From a virus, in the IMG/VR virus record IMGVR_UViG_3300047551_001325, positions 9,535-73,534 of that record: a stretch of 64,000 nt of DNA; one strand, given 5' to 3'. A program made the position numbers and the translations under genes. Positions 1 to 8,983 of this stretch are shown one piece after another. How positions within the stretch are numbered: the first letter of the stretch is position 1; every line of letters begins with the position of its first letter. The notes below the pieces were generated by a model. That model had not been told where the DNA came from. It did no database searches and saw only the letters and a program-made list of their open reading frames with translations.

Positions 1-1
1 A

Positions 2-283
2 GAGTACTTTATGCCAACCTCATCATTTGCTGGTTTTTGCATGATCATGCCGGCTGATTTAGTTAGCAAATGGCGTTTTGATGAAAGAATGAAGTGGTGG
101 TACGGTGATGACGATGTAAAAAGTTGGGTTAGTAGAGTTGCAAACAAAAAAATTGGTATAACGGGTAAATGTCACGCAATCGGCAATATGTCTCATACAA
201 TAAATGGTGATCCACCGCCAAATTTTCATGCTGCGGTAATTAACGACGAAAAACTGTACAGAGAAAAATGGGGTAACAGATAA
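2..283 (+). CDS. Glycosyltransferase (GT2-like), C-terminal part, 5'-truncated by the window
   Basis: Frame open from window start; FAGFCM...RFDERMKWWYGDDD resembles the GT2 C-terminal motif; next to a methyltransferase. Confidence 0.6.
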   Translation, partial: EYFMPTSSFAGFCMIMPADLVSKWRFDERMKWWYGDDDVKSWVSRVANKKIGITGKCHAIGNMSHTINGDPPPNFHAAVINDEKLYREKWGNR

Positions 284-792
284 TGCATCTTGAAGTGTTT
301 AATTGGACAAATGAAGCATTTACTAATTGGCGTAAAAACACTCTATTTGATAAATACAGTGTTTTAGAAATCGGCAGTTTAGACATTAACGGATCAATAC
401 GCTCTATTTTCTCAGATTCTTCATATTATCTTGGGATTGACATGCAAGAAGGCCCGGGAGTAGATCTAGTTGCAAACGCTTCTTCATTTATTGTAGAAGA
501 ACCAGTTGACATTGTTGTATGTTGCGAAGTGTTTGAACACACTGGTGAATGGCCTCAAATAATTGAAGTTACTTATAAAAATCTTAAAAAGAATGGAATT
601 TTTATAGGAACCGCTGCTGGTGAAGGTAGAAAACCACACTCAGCTATTGATGAAAACCCAATACGTGATTGGGAGTATTACTCAAATGTAAAAGCCGAAG
701 ATTTGCGTGGTTGTTTAGAGAATTCGCAGTTTAAAAATATTGTTATTAACAACCTTAATAGCGATATACGTTGGACTGCTATAAAAATATAA
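283..792 (+). CDS. Class I SAM-dependent methyltransferase
   Basis: VLEIGS motif I, YLGID, DIVVCCEVFEH, LKKNG. Confidence 0.85.
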   Translation: MHLEVFNWTNEAFTNWRKNTLFDKYSVLEIGSLDINGSIRSIFSDSSYYLGIDMQEGPGVDLVANASSFIVEEPVDIVVCCEVFEHTGEWPQIIEVTYKNLKKNGIFIGTAAGEGRKPHSAIDENPIRDWEYYSNVKAEDLRGCLENSQFKNIVINNLNSDIRWTAIKI

Positions 793-809
793 AAACAACA
801 AATGTTTGA

Positions 810-883
810 GCCGGATGATGCGTCCGGTTGACGCAAGGTGTCTTATAAACACCCGTAGACGGGTTCAACTCCCGTATCCGGCA
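810..883 (+). tRNA. tRNA-Ile(UAU) with non-canonical D-arm/core; CCA not encoded
   Basis: Acceptor GCCGGAT/ATCCGGC; D-stem TGCGTC/GACGCA; anticodon stem GGTGT/ACACC with loop CTTATAA (TAT at 844-846); T arm ACGGG-TTCAACT-CCCGT; discriminator A. Confidence 0.85.
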
Positions 884-884
884 C

Positions 885-893
885 TGCTACAAT
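885..893 (+). promoter_or_regulatory. Extended -10 promoter (TGcTACAAT), probably leaderless
   Basis: TGnTAnnnT ending 6 nt before the ATG at 900; no SD. Confidence 0.55.
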
Positions 894-899
894 TGTTAG

Positions 900-1037
900 A
901 TGGACAAAAGCCCTGCACAACAATGTGATACGTCTACGCAGTGTGTTTACTGCGGAGGTGAGCTCGTACCCGAGCACGCGCACTATAAGTGTAAAGAGTG
1001 TGGTAGACGTGACGCATGTTGTGAAGGAGTGTATTGA
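900..1037 (+). CDS. Small Zn-ribbon protein (45 aa), not in ORF track
   Basis: MDKSPAQQCDTSTQCVYCGGELVPEHAHYKCKECGRRDACCEGVY; two CxxC pairs; stop overlaps the next start. Confidence 0.7.
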   Translation: MDKSPAQQCDTSTQCVYCGGELVPEHAHYKCKECGRRDACCEGVY

Positions 1038-2266
1038 TTAAAAAACTATTTGGAAGAACAATAAGTGTTTTAAGGTGGTCTTTAATAGTTTTAGCAATAT
1101 TTCCCATAAATACAGCAAAAGCAGAGGCTGAAACCTACACGGTTACTGGGGCAAACGATCTGTGGTTTACCTACACAGAACCCTCAGACTTTAAGGTTCG
1201 CACTTACGCTCAGCAATATGGAATTGACTCCATGCTGTGGTTTTATAACAGCGACGGCGTACTTCTTGCCCAAAACGACGATTACTTTGGGCTTGACTCA
1301 TGGCTTGAAGTCCCTGTTCAACCGGGGTCGTATAGGCTTCGCACAGGTGTTTGTTGCGGAAATCCTGACGCTTGGTATGGGACGTCATATACACTTGAAT
1401 TAAACAGTACCCCAACCAACACGCCGGAGACTACAACGACATGGCCGGAAACCACAACATCCACGACTACAACGACGACAACTTCTACTACTGTCCCCGA
1501 AACGACTGTGCCTGTCACGGAACCCCCGACAACCTCGACAACCTCGACAACTACATCGACTACCTCCACAACTACCTCCACGGTGGTGGAGACGACAACT
1601 ACGACAACCACTGTGGAGACGACTGTTACATCTGCGCCCCAAACAACATCAACGATTGGGACTACTGTTGCCCCCACTGTGGCACCTTCTATCCCAGTGA
1701 CAAGCACGACAAATGCCCCGACTGTGGCTATCCCTCCTCAGGTCTCGTCTACCTCCACCACCACAACGGTCGTCTCAACATCTACGAGCACCTCCATACC
1801 GGAGTCAACCAGTTCGTCTACCAGCACGACCATACCGACGACTGTACCTGTGGACAATGGCCCACAGATTTCTGAAGAAGAAATTGTAAATTTAACTGAC
1901 GAAGAATTAGATAATCTAGTAGAATCTATAGAAGTAAGTGAACTAACCGAGGAATCAATTGCTGCTGTCTTCAGCGAAGAAGTACTTAGCGAATTAACTG
2001 ATGACCAGGTAGTAGAACTTATTGACGCAATCGTCCCAGAAGAACTGTCTGAAGAACAAGCCCTGGCACTGTCTGAAGCGTTAACTAACGCTCCAGATAA
2101 CGTAAAAGAAGAGTTTGAAGCTGAAGTAGACGTGTTTGGTGGTCAATTTGACACGTATGTACCAACAGGGTCTGCTGTGTCTGTAGGAACACGAAGAGTG
2201 GTAGTTGCTGCGGCTGCAGCAAGTTTTGCGATGCCCGCCCCTACGAGTTCAAGGAAAGTTAGATGA
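1034..2266 (+). CDS. Secreted protein: signal peptide, PPC-like beta domain, Thr-rich stalk, acidic repeats, hydrophobic/basic C-terminus
   Basis: Signal ending TAKA-EA; DSMLWFYNSDGVLLAQNDD motif; long T/S/P/V tract; C-terminal RRVVVAAAAASFAMP...RKVR. Confidence 0.75.
   Translation: MIKKLFGRTISVLRWSLIVLAIFPINTAKAEAETYTVTGANDLWFTYTEPSDFKVRTYAQQYGIDSMLWFYNSDGVLLAQNDDYFGLDSWLEVPVQPGSYRLRTGVCCGNPDAWYGTSYTLELNSTPTNTPETTTTWPETTTSTTTTTTTSTTVPETTVPVTEPPTTSTTSTTTSTTSTTTSTVVETTTTTTTVETTVTSAPQTTSTIGTTVAPTVAPSIPVTSTTNAPTVAIPPQVSSTSTTTTVVSTSTSTSIPESTSSSTSTTIPTTVPVDNGPQISEEEIVNLTDEELDNLVESIEVSELTEESIAAVFSEEVLSELTDDQVVELIDAIVPEELSEEQALALSEALTNAPDNVKEEFEAEVDVFGGQFDTYVPTGSAVSVGTRRVVVAAAAASFAMPAPTSSRKVR
1420..1850 (+). 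repeat. Low-complexity ACN-rich tract encoding a mucin-like Thr/Ser/Pro stalk
   Basis: Runs of acaacg/acgact/acctcc; TTTTT, TTVP and TTST units. Confidence 0.85.
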
Positions 2267-2442
2267 TTAAGAAATTATTTAAAGAAACCTCAGCCCTATC
2301 GTGGACACTTGGAGGAACAGCTTTAGTACTAATAACACTTAGCGGTCCAACAAAAGCAGTAGGTTTGTGGATATCTGCTGTATCATTAGTAATCCACTTT
2401 CTTGGTGTGCTTTTTACTAAGGAAACGGAGTCTGAAGAATGA
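2263..2442 (+). CDS. Small 2-TM membrane protein (59 aa), not in ORF track
   Basis: MIKKLFKETSALSWTLGGTALVLITLSGPTKAVGLWISAVSLVIHFLGVLFTKETESEE; ATGA overlaps at both ends. Confidence 0.75.
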   Translation: MIKKLFKETSALSWTLGGTALVLITLSGPTKAVGLWISAVSLVIHFLGVLFTKETESEE

Positions 2443-2558
2443 AAAAAGCTGTATTATTGTTAATACCACTACTGGCATTATCAGCCTGTTCGGATAGATA
2501 TAGGAACCCTGCAGATGACCCAAGAAACCAGACAACGACAAGTGTACCAACCCCGTAA
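2439..2558 (+). CDS. Micro-lipoprotein (39 aa), not in ORF track
   Basis: MKKAVLLLIPLLALSACSDRYRNPADDPRNQTTTSVPTP; LSAC lipobox. Confidence 0.7.
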   Translation: MKKAVLLLIPLLALSACSDRYRNPADDPRNQTTTSVPTP

Positions 2559-2811
2559 ACGCTTATCACCAGAAGATCTAGAAGCTAGAACTAGAGCAGT
2601 GGTCATTATGACACTAGCTGGCGTCCTTCTGTTCAGTGTGTGCGCCCTGTTGTATTCATTGATTTTTGTTTATCAACCATCGGAGCAAAGCCCAAATGAC
2701 GCGGCATTTCTTAAGATACTTGAGCCTCTTATGTTTAGCATTGGTGGCGCCCTTACTGGTTTGGCTGCTGGGCGTGCTATGTCTGCTGGTAAAAAAGAGG
2801 ATAACGAGTAA
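2515..2811 (+). CDS. 2-TM membrane protein
   Basis: Two hydrophobic segments with charged termini. Confidence 0.7.
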   Translation: MTQETRQRQVYQPRKRLSPEDLEARTRAVVIMTLAGVLLFSVCALLYSLIFVYQPSEQSPNDAAFLKILEPLMFSIGGALTGLAAGRAMSAGKKEDNE

Positions 2812-3053
2812 TGGAACCGGTGTATATCCCTATTGTTGTAGCCTTAATAGGGGGACCAGTAATGTGGTTTCTACATCGTTTTGATAAACGTAATACCCAG
2901 CAACATGGTCAAAACATGAAGGTATTAGAGCGTATCGAAACTAAGCAAGATCGTATGGACGGAAAGGTAGATCGCCTAGACGAAAAGGTAGATCGGTTAG
3001 ATGGACGAGTGACAAACCTAGAGTCCGTTAAGACACGCAAGAAAAGTGTATAA
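2811..3053 (+). CDS. Single-TM coiled-coil protein (lysis-associated/holin-like type)
   Basis: N-terminal TM followed by heptads KVDRLDE-KVDRLDG. Confidence 0.65.
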   Translation: MEPVYIPIVVALIGGPVMWFLHRFDKRNTQQHGQNMKVLERIETKQDRMDGKVDRLDEKVDRLDGRVTNLESVKTRKKSV

Positions 3054-3073
3054 TTATTAACACGGAGTCCGAC

Positions 3074-3112
3074 TGGGGTGGGCTATCTGAGGGTGGCCCA
3101 CCCCACATTCTT
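3074..3112 (+). terminator. GC-rich hairpin, probable terminator
   Basis: TGGGGTGGGC...GCCCACCCCA followed by cattctt (weak U-tail). Confidence 0.55.
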
Positions 3113-3128
3113 AGGCTAGAATGGCATT

Positions 3129-3866
3129 ATGACTAATACAGTTAACTATTCTATATCTAAAGGCCTGCCTTGGGAACGTTTGATTATTGTTCGTGATCAA
3201 CGCACACATAGGGTAATTTTCCCAACCTCAGCTAGGGGCAGTATAAAAACTAGCGTTACTGGTCGTAAAGAATTCAATATTACCCTTACAGCAGAAGGTG
3301 GCATACTTTTAGGCTTAACCGAGGAAGACACCACGGACTTACCAACTGGTGAGTTGGAGTTTGACGTATTAGCAACTTACCCAAGAAAAGCCCCATATGC
3401 AGGGGCTAGCGAGGAAGTAACAAGACCAGTAGCACGGGGTACAATTAGTGTAACGGGCTTGGAAAATATTACCCCATTGGAGGACACACAAGCTATGGAA
3501 ATCAGATTCAAACAGCATGTGGACTTCCGAAGAAACTTTACCTGGAGAGACAGTGCAGGAGTAATCTTGACGGTGCAAGATGCCTTTATGCAGGCAAAAG
3601 ACAGTAGTGGTACTACGGTATTAGACCTAAGATGGTATTCATCAACTCCATCTGAAGCAACTGTGATTGGGTTAGCTGGTAACAGACGAGGGTACATTGC
3701 GCCCATAACAGGAGCAACCCTTGAACTTCATATATCTGATAAAAACACAGTACCAGCTGGTAGACATAGTTTTGATATGTTTGTAAAAGATTCTGCCGGA
3801 GATTGGGATTGTTTGGCTTCTGGTGTAGTCGTAGTCGAAGAGGCAATATCGGTACCACCATCATGA
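3129..3866 (+). CDS. Virion structural protein with two tandem beta-sandwich (fibre-attachment-like) domains
   Basis: Two similar halves ending FDVLAT..RGTISV and FDMFVK..SGVVVV; precedes the fibre genes. Confidence 0.55.
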   Translation: MTNTVNYSISKGLPWERLIIVRDQRTHRVIFPTSARGSIKTSVTGRKEFNITLTAEGGILLGLTEEDTTDLPTGELEFDVLATYPRKAPYAGASEEVTRPVARGTISVTGLENITPLEDTQAMEIRFKQHVDFRRNFTWRDSAGVILTVQDAFMQAKDSSGTTVLDLRWYSSTPSEATVIGLAGNRRGYIAPITGATLELHISDKNTVPAGRHSFDMFVKDSAGDWDCLASGVVVVEEAISVPPS

Positions 3867-4285
3867 GCACTGTCGACGTCACAAAACCCGCTAATAAATA
3901 CGTTACAGTTACTAAAACTCAAACCGTATCCAGTGTTGAAAAGGCAGTTGAACAGGTACTTGAGGTACACGATCCTGGGGTTGCTGGTCCTTCAAATGTA
4001 CTTACCATAGGAACTGTAACAACTGGACCCGCAGATGTGACAATAACTGGAGTGTCTCCAAATCAAGTTCTTAATTTTGTAATACCAGTAGGTGCTTCAT
4101 ACATACATAATCAAATAACTTCTTCAACAACTTGGACAATAAACCACAACCTTGGATTTTTCCCGTCTGTTTCTGTTGTAGACAGCGGCGGTAACCATGT
4201 TATAGGTGATGTAACATATGTATCACAAAACGTTGTAACCGTATCATTCAACTCTTCCTTCGGTGGAAAAGCGTACCTATCGTGA
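3863..4285 (+). CDS. Minor structural protein (fibre-associated)
   Basis: WTINHNLGFFPSVSVVD...FGGKAYLS motif; ATG overlaps the upstream stop. Confidence 0.65.
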   Translation: MSTVDVTKPANKYVTVTKTQTVSSVEKAVEQVLEVHDPGVAGPSNVLTIGTVTTGPADVTITGVSPNQVLNFVIPVGASYIHNQITSSTTWTINHNLGFFPSVSVVDSGGNHVIGDVTYVSQNVVTVSFNSSFGGKAYLS

Positions 4286-4291
4286 GGTCTT

Positions 4292-5536
4292 ATGTCTAAG
4301 TTTCTTACAAATATTGATTTAACTGGTAATGAATTACAGAACGTTGTAATCCATAACGCCGGCACTGCACCTACCGCCAGCGCCAAGCTAGGCGGTTTGT
4401 ACTTTGACACCTCAACTGGTGTCAACAAACTTAAGTACTACAACGGTAGCGCCTGGGTTGAATTATCAGTTGGTGCTTCTGGTACATGGCAGCCTTACGA
4501 TGCCGACCTTTCTGCTATCGCAGCCCTTACTGGAACTTCTGGTTTTCTTAAGACAAACGGTTCTGGAACTTGGTCGGTTGACACCAACACATATCTGACA
4601 TCAACAACTGGCGTTACTACGGTAAATGGAAATAGTGGAGCGATTACTAACGTTGCACTAACGACTGGAACCCTTGCTCAGTTTGCATCCGGCACGACAC
4701 CCACCGAATTACGCACACTAATATCTGGGACTACAGGGCTTGGAAACCTTGTATTTGCATTATCGCCCACAATTAGCACCAGTATTATCACCTCCTCTAC
4801 CTCTTTTGACTTAATCAATACGACGGCAACAACTGTTAACTTTGCTGGTGCAGCTACTGCCGTAAACATTGGTGCGGCCAACAGCACCACTACAATTGCT
4901 GGCGACCTAGTGGTGAACGGTACTACCACCACCATTAACAGCACAACTGTAACAGTTGACGATCTAAACATCGTACTTGGTTCTGTCACCACCCCAACTA
5001 ACACCACCGCAAACGGTGGAGGTATTACCGTTGCAGGTGGTGTTGATGGTAACAAGACCTGGAACTGGGTGTCTTCTACCAGCTCCTGGACTTCTTCGGA
5101 GAACATTGATCTAGCTGCAGGTAAGGTTCTTAAGATTGCCGGTACCCAAGTGCTTTCTGCAACTCAGTACACTGGTAACTCTTCAACTGCTACTACCGCT
5201 ACCAACGTAACTGGTGGCGCTGCCGGATCGTTGGTTTACCAAAGCGGTTCTGCTACCACTACTACCTTGGGTATTGGTACTTCTGGCTACGTCTTAACAT
5301 CAAGTGGTTCGGCACCACAATGGTCAAAGAAGAAGCACTCCGAAACACTCGCCTCAAGCGCCACTTCATACTCGATTACTCACGGGTTGGGCACCGCCGA
5401 TCTTGTAGTAGCAGTTTACGCAGTGTCAACTGGTGAGGTAGTTTACGCAGACATAGTTAACACCAGCACCACCACAACTCTGTCATTTGCAACAGCACCA
5501 AGTACCAACCAGTACCGTGTTGTTATACTTGCTTAA
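4292..5536 (+). CDS. Tail fibre-like structural protein
   Basis: G/T/S-rich; GDLVVNGTTTTINSTTVTVDD fibre repeat; C-terminal ITHGLGT domain. Confidence 0.7.
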   Translation: MSKFLTNIDLTGNELQNVVIHNAGTAPTASAKLGGLYFDTSTGVNKLKYYNGSAWVELSVGASGTWQPYDADLSAIAALTGTSGFLKTNGSGTWSVDTNTYLTSTTGVTTVNGNSGAITNVALTTGTLAQFASGTTPTELRTLISGTTGLGNLVFALSPTISTSIITSSTSFDLINTTATTVNFAGAATAVNIGAANSTTTIAGDLVVNGTTTTINSTTVTVDDLNIVLGSVTTPTNTTANGGGITVAGGVDGNKTWNWVSSTSSWTSSENIDLAAGKVLKIAGTQVLSATQYTGNSSTATTATNVTGGAAGSLVYQSGSATTTTLGIGTSGYVLTSSGSAPQWSKKKHSETLASSATSYSITHGLGTADLVVAVYAVSTGEVVYADIVNTSTTTTLSFATAPSTNQYRVVILA

Positions 5537-5558
5537 TAAGTCGTTTTAAAGGAGCCTT

Positions 5559-8500
5559 ATGGCTAACTTTCTAAAGTCCCTCTTTGTTAAGGGGGTTGAA
5601 ATCGATACTGCCGGTGCATCCACCGGTAACGTCCTTTCATACAACGGTACAAAGTTTGCTCCTGCCGCTCCTGGGTCTGGGTCTCTTGCATTAGACGATC
5701 TATCAGATGTTGTTGTTACTTCTCCGGAAGAGTTCCAAGGTCTTTCATATAACGGAGTATCTTGGGTAAACAGCCACATCCCGTTAGTTTCGTATGTGCG
5801 TAATGCTGAAGCCACCACTATTACTACGGGTACGTGTGTTTATCTTTACGGGGCTACCGGGGATCACGCCTCTGTAAAAAGGGCTGACAACACCAGTGAC
5901 ACCACATCATCCAAAACTATTGGTGTTGCTGGTGCAGGCATCACGGCAAGCAACAACGGCCCAATTGTTACCCGTGGATATGTTGATGGTATAGACCTTT
6001 CAACTGGGTATACCGCTGGTGATATCCTATGGCTTGGAACTAACGGGTCTTTTACCAAGACCAAACCAACATCTCCAGCGCACTTAGTTTTTATTGGTGT
6101 AGTAGTTCGGGCAACCAATAACGGTATTATTTACGTTGCTACTCAAAACGGTTATGAACTGGACGAACTACATAATGTCAGTGCTGGGTCTCCCTCAGCG
6201 GGGGATTTCCTTAAATACAACGGATCACTGTGGGTAAACGACGCAATTGATCTTGGTACTGATACCACTGGAAGTTACGTTGCCTCGTTGGTTGCAGGAA
6301 CTGGTATTTCTCTTGCTAACAACTCCGGTGAAGGTGCTACTCCAACCATTACAAATACAGGCGTAACGAGCATCAATACAACTTTGACTGGCGCGGTTAC
6401 TGGTGTTGTGACTACTTCCGACACCGGGACAGTTACTTCCGCAATGATTGCTGATGGGACAATTGTTAATGCGGATGTAAGTACTTCTGCCGCAATTGCC
6501 CATAGCAAACTGGCAAATGCAACCGCTGGTCAAGTTCTTTTAGGAACGACAACTACTGGAGTCGTGACTGCAACAACTCTTTCGGGAGATGTGACCATTA
6601 ACGGTGCTGGAGTAACGGCTATTGGGTCTGGTGTTATAGTTAACGCAGATGTAAACGCTTCTGCCGCTATTGCACTTTCTAAATTGGCAAGTGGTACAGC
6701 CGGTCAAGTTGTGGTGGCTAATGCTTCAGGAGTGCCTACATACACCACTATTTCTGGTGATATCACTGTATCTTCTACTGGCGTTGCAACTATTGCCGCC
6801 AATTCCGTCATACTTGGTACAGACACCACTGGTAACTACATGTCTGACATTTCAGGGACCAGCCCTGTCTCTGTATCCCATACTCCCGCTGAAGGATCAT
6901 CAGCAACTGTTTCATTGGCAACTGCGTATGGCGACACCCAGAACCCGTATGGTTCTAAGACTGCCAACTACTTCCTAGCTTCACCTGATGGGTCTGCATC
7001 TAACCCATCTTTCCGAGCAATGGTCAATGCCGACATCCCGTCAGCATTGACTTCTAAAACATACAACGGGTTGACAGTTACTAGTACCACCGGCACATTT
7101 ACTCTTACTAACACTAAAACTTTATCAGTAACCAACACCCTAACCCTTTCTGGTACAGATTCCACAACAATGACATTCCCTGCTACAAGCAGCACTGTCA
7201 TGACGTTGGCTACCCCCGGAACACTTACTGGCACTTTGACGTTGCGGGCCGGAACTGCCACTGCTGGTACAGCTCCAATGTACCTTCAAAGTGGAACAAA
7301 CCTTACAACAGCAGCGGCTGGAGCTCTTGAGTTTGACGGAACAAACTTATACTTTACTCCATCTACGTCTCGTAAGACTGTTGCATTTACGGATTCAAAC
7401 ATAACAGGCACAGCTGCCAATATTACGGCTTCGTCAAACACGTCTATTACTTCATTGTCCAACCTAGCAACTGTTGGAACTATCACTTCAGGTACATGGT
7501 CAGGGTCATTTGGTGCGGTTTCCGGCGCAAACCTTACATCGCTTAATGCCAGCAATCTTGGGTCAGGTACTGTTCCTTCTGCCCGCATTTCCGGTTCCTA
7601 CAGCGGTATTACCTCAGTTGGTACATTAAGTGGTCTTGCTGTTGCTGGAAATATCTCTTCGCAATCCGTTACTAACGGTGACATCATACAAATAAGCCCA
7701 GTAATGGCTGGTACTACGGGACGTGCGCTTATATTAACCAACGTTGCTCTAACTGCTACTACAAGAACTATTACATTTCCAAATGCGGATGGAACTGTTA
7801 TTACAACAGGAAACCTCACTGGCATCACGGCAGTAGGTACGTTGTCATCTCTTACTGTCGATGGTATTTCATCTACCTCAATCACCCTTGGTGACTGGAG
7901 TGGAAATGGTGCGTATTCTTCAATAGGTGGGGTAAGCGGTTATCTGCTGTTTGGGTCAACTGGAGACAGCAATATTTACCTGCGTTCAAACAATAACAAC
8001 AATGTTTACATTGGAGCGAATGATCAAAACACACTTCATGTGACAAGCAGTCAAACACTCATTGCAACAGGTTCAGCAACAACACCAACATTGGCTATCC
8101 AAGGTGATACCAATACAGGTCTCTATTCAGGTCTTGCAGACTGGCTTAACGTGACGTGTGGTGGAACTGGAATGGCTACCTTTACGACAAGTGGGCCGTT
8201 CTTCGGAACAAACACGACAACTTCAACGGTAACATGGCGTGTTGACACTTTTAACCGCTTAGGAACACCCACTTCAACACGTGAACTAAAGGAGAACATT
8301 GAGGATTTGGCAGGCGAGCAAGCACTATCGATTGTTCGAGCATTACGGCCAAGGACATTTACTTGGAAACCCCAACCGGACGATGGTGAGTTCCTTTCAT
8401 CTTTGAAACAAGGGGCTGTTCAAGCTGGTTTTATCGTAGAAGAAATTGAAGAAACTACACTGCCGTTATCAATGCTTGAATACAAACCCAACATTTCAGA

Positions 8501-8651
8501 CAGTATGACTGAGGACGAAAAGGTTGAAGCAGCTACTAACCTTGCATCGTACATTCCGTATTACTGGAAAGAATCGCATTTGATTGCAATTCTTGCATCC
8601 GCAGTAAAGTCACTAGATGCTAGACTAGCAGTTCTAGAATCAACCCAATAA
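5559..8651 (+). CDS. Long tail fibre with C-terminal peptidase S74-type intramolecular chaperone
   Basis: Internal repeats (IVNADV..SAAIA.SKLA twice, LGTDTTG twice); TS-TRELKENIEDL...LRPRTFTW...GFIVEE then a coiled coil. Confidence 0.8.
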   Translation: MANFLKSLFVKGVEIDTAGASTGNVLSYNGTKFAPAAPGSGSLALDDLSDVVVTSPEEFQGLSYNGVSWVNSHIPLVSYVRNAEATTITTGTCVYLYGATGDHASVKRADNTSDTTSSKTIGVAGAGITASNNGPIVTRGYVDGIDLSTGYTAGDILWLGTNGSFTKTKPTSPAHLVFIGVVVRATNNGIIYVATQNGYELDELHNVSAGSPSAGDFLKYNGSLWVNDAIDLGTDTTGSYVASLVAGTGISLANNSGEGATPTITNTGVTSINTTLTGAVTGVVTTSDTGTVTSAMIADGTIVNADVSTSAAIAHSKLANATAGQVLLGTTTTGVVTATTLSGDVTINGAGVTAIGSGVIVNADVNASAAIALSKLASGTAGQVVVANASGVPTYTTISGDITVSSTGVATIAANSVILGTDTTGNYMSDISGTSPVSVSHTPAEGSSATVSLATAYGDTQNPYGSKTANYFLASPDGSASNPSFRAMVNADIPSALTSKTYNGLTVTSTTGTFTLTNTKTLSVTNTLTLSGTDSTTMTFPATSSTVMTLATPGTLTGTLTLRAGTATAGTAPMYLQSGTNLTTAAAGALEFDGTNLYFTPSTSRKTVAFTDSNITGTAANITASSNTSITSLSNLATVGTITSGTWSGSFGAVSGANLTSLNASNLGSGTVPSARISGSYSGITSVGTLSGLAVAGNISSQSVTNGDIIQISPVMAGTTGRALILTNVALTATTRTITFPNADGTVITTGNLTGITAVGTLSSLTVDGISSTSITLGDWSGNGAYSSIGGVSGYLLFGSTGDSNIYLRSNNNNNVYIGANDQNTLHVTSSQTLIATGSATTPTLAIQGDTNTGLYSGLADWLNVTCGGTGMATFTTSGPFFGTNTTTSTVTWRVDTFNRLGTPTSTRELKENIEDLAGEQALSIVRALRPRTFTWKPQPDDGEFLSSLKQGAVQAGFIVEEIEETTLPLSMLEYKPNISDSMTEDEKVEAATNLASYIPYYWKESHLIAILASAVKSLDARLAVLESTQ

Positions 8652-8661
8652 GGAGATAATT

Positions 8662-8814
8662 ATGTCCGATGTACAAGTAGACGTCAATGTTGTTATTGAG
8701 TCACTAGCAACTCAGGTTGCTCAGCAAGCCCAGCGTATTGCCATACTAGAGGCTACAATTAATGCTATCCAAAAGGCCAAACAGGAGGTCGGTAATGCTG
8801 ACAAAGCAGAATAA
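8662..8814 (+). CDS. Small coiled-coil protein (50 aa), not in ORF track
   Basis: AGGAG SD; MSDVQVDVNVVIESLATQVAQQAQRIAILEATINAIQKAKQEVGNADKAE. Confidence 0.7.
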   Translation: MSDVQVDVNVVIESLATQVAQQAQRIAILEATINAIQKAKQEVGNADKAE

Positions 8815-8983
8815 AGCCCTAATCGCATCTTATGCTCGTAGCGTTCTAGGAGCTGGCGTAGCCACATTTAGTGCTACCCAGGACTGGAAGCTAACCCTTA
8901 ACGCCCTGTGGGCCGCAGCCATTCCTGTGGTCATGCGCTTCCTCAACCCCAAGGACACCGCTTTTGGTAAGGGGTCCGAGTGA
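8795..8983 (+). CDS. Holin
   Basis: GGAGG SD; 62 aa with two hydrophobic segments ending LNPKDTAFGKG; directly before the endolysin. Confidence 0.7.
   Translation: MLTKQNKALIASYARSVLGAGVATFSATQDWKLTLNALWAAAIPVVMRFLNPKDTAFGKGSE

Noticed and set aside
842-848. Ochre suppressor tRNA (UUA) or stop-codon reassignment
   Set aside because: The 5-bp stem fixes a 7-nt loop with TAT central; core genes are intact in code 11 and use all three stops
1318-7885. Val-rich minus-strand ORFs and other nested ORFs in the track
   Set aside because: Antisense shadows of Thr-rich codons inside well-supported genes
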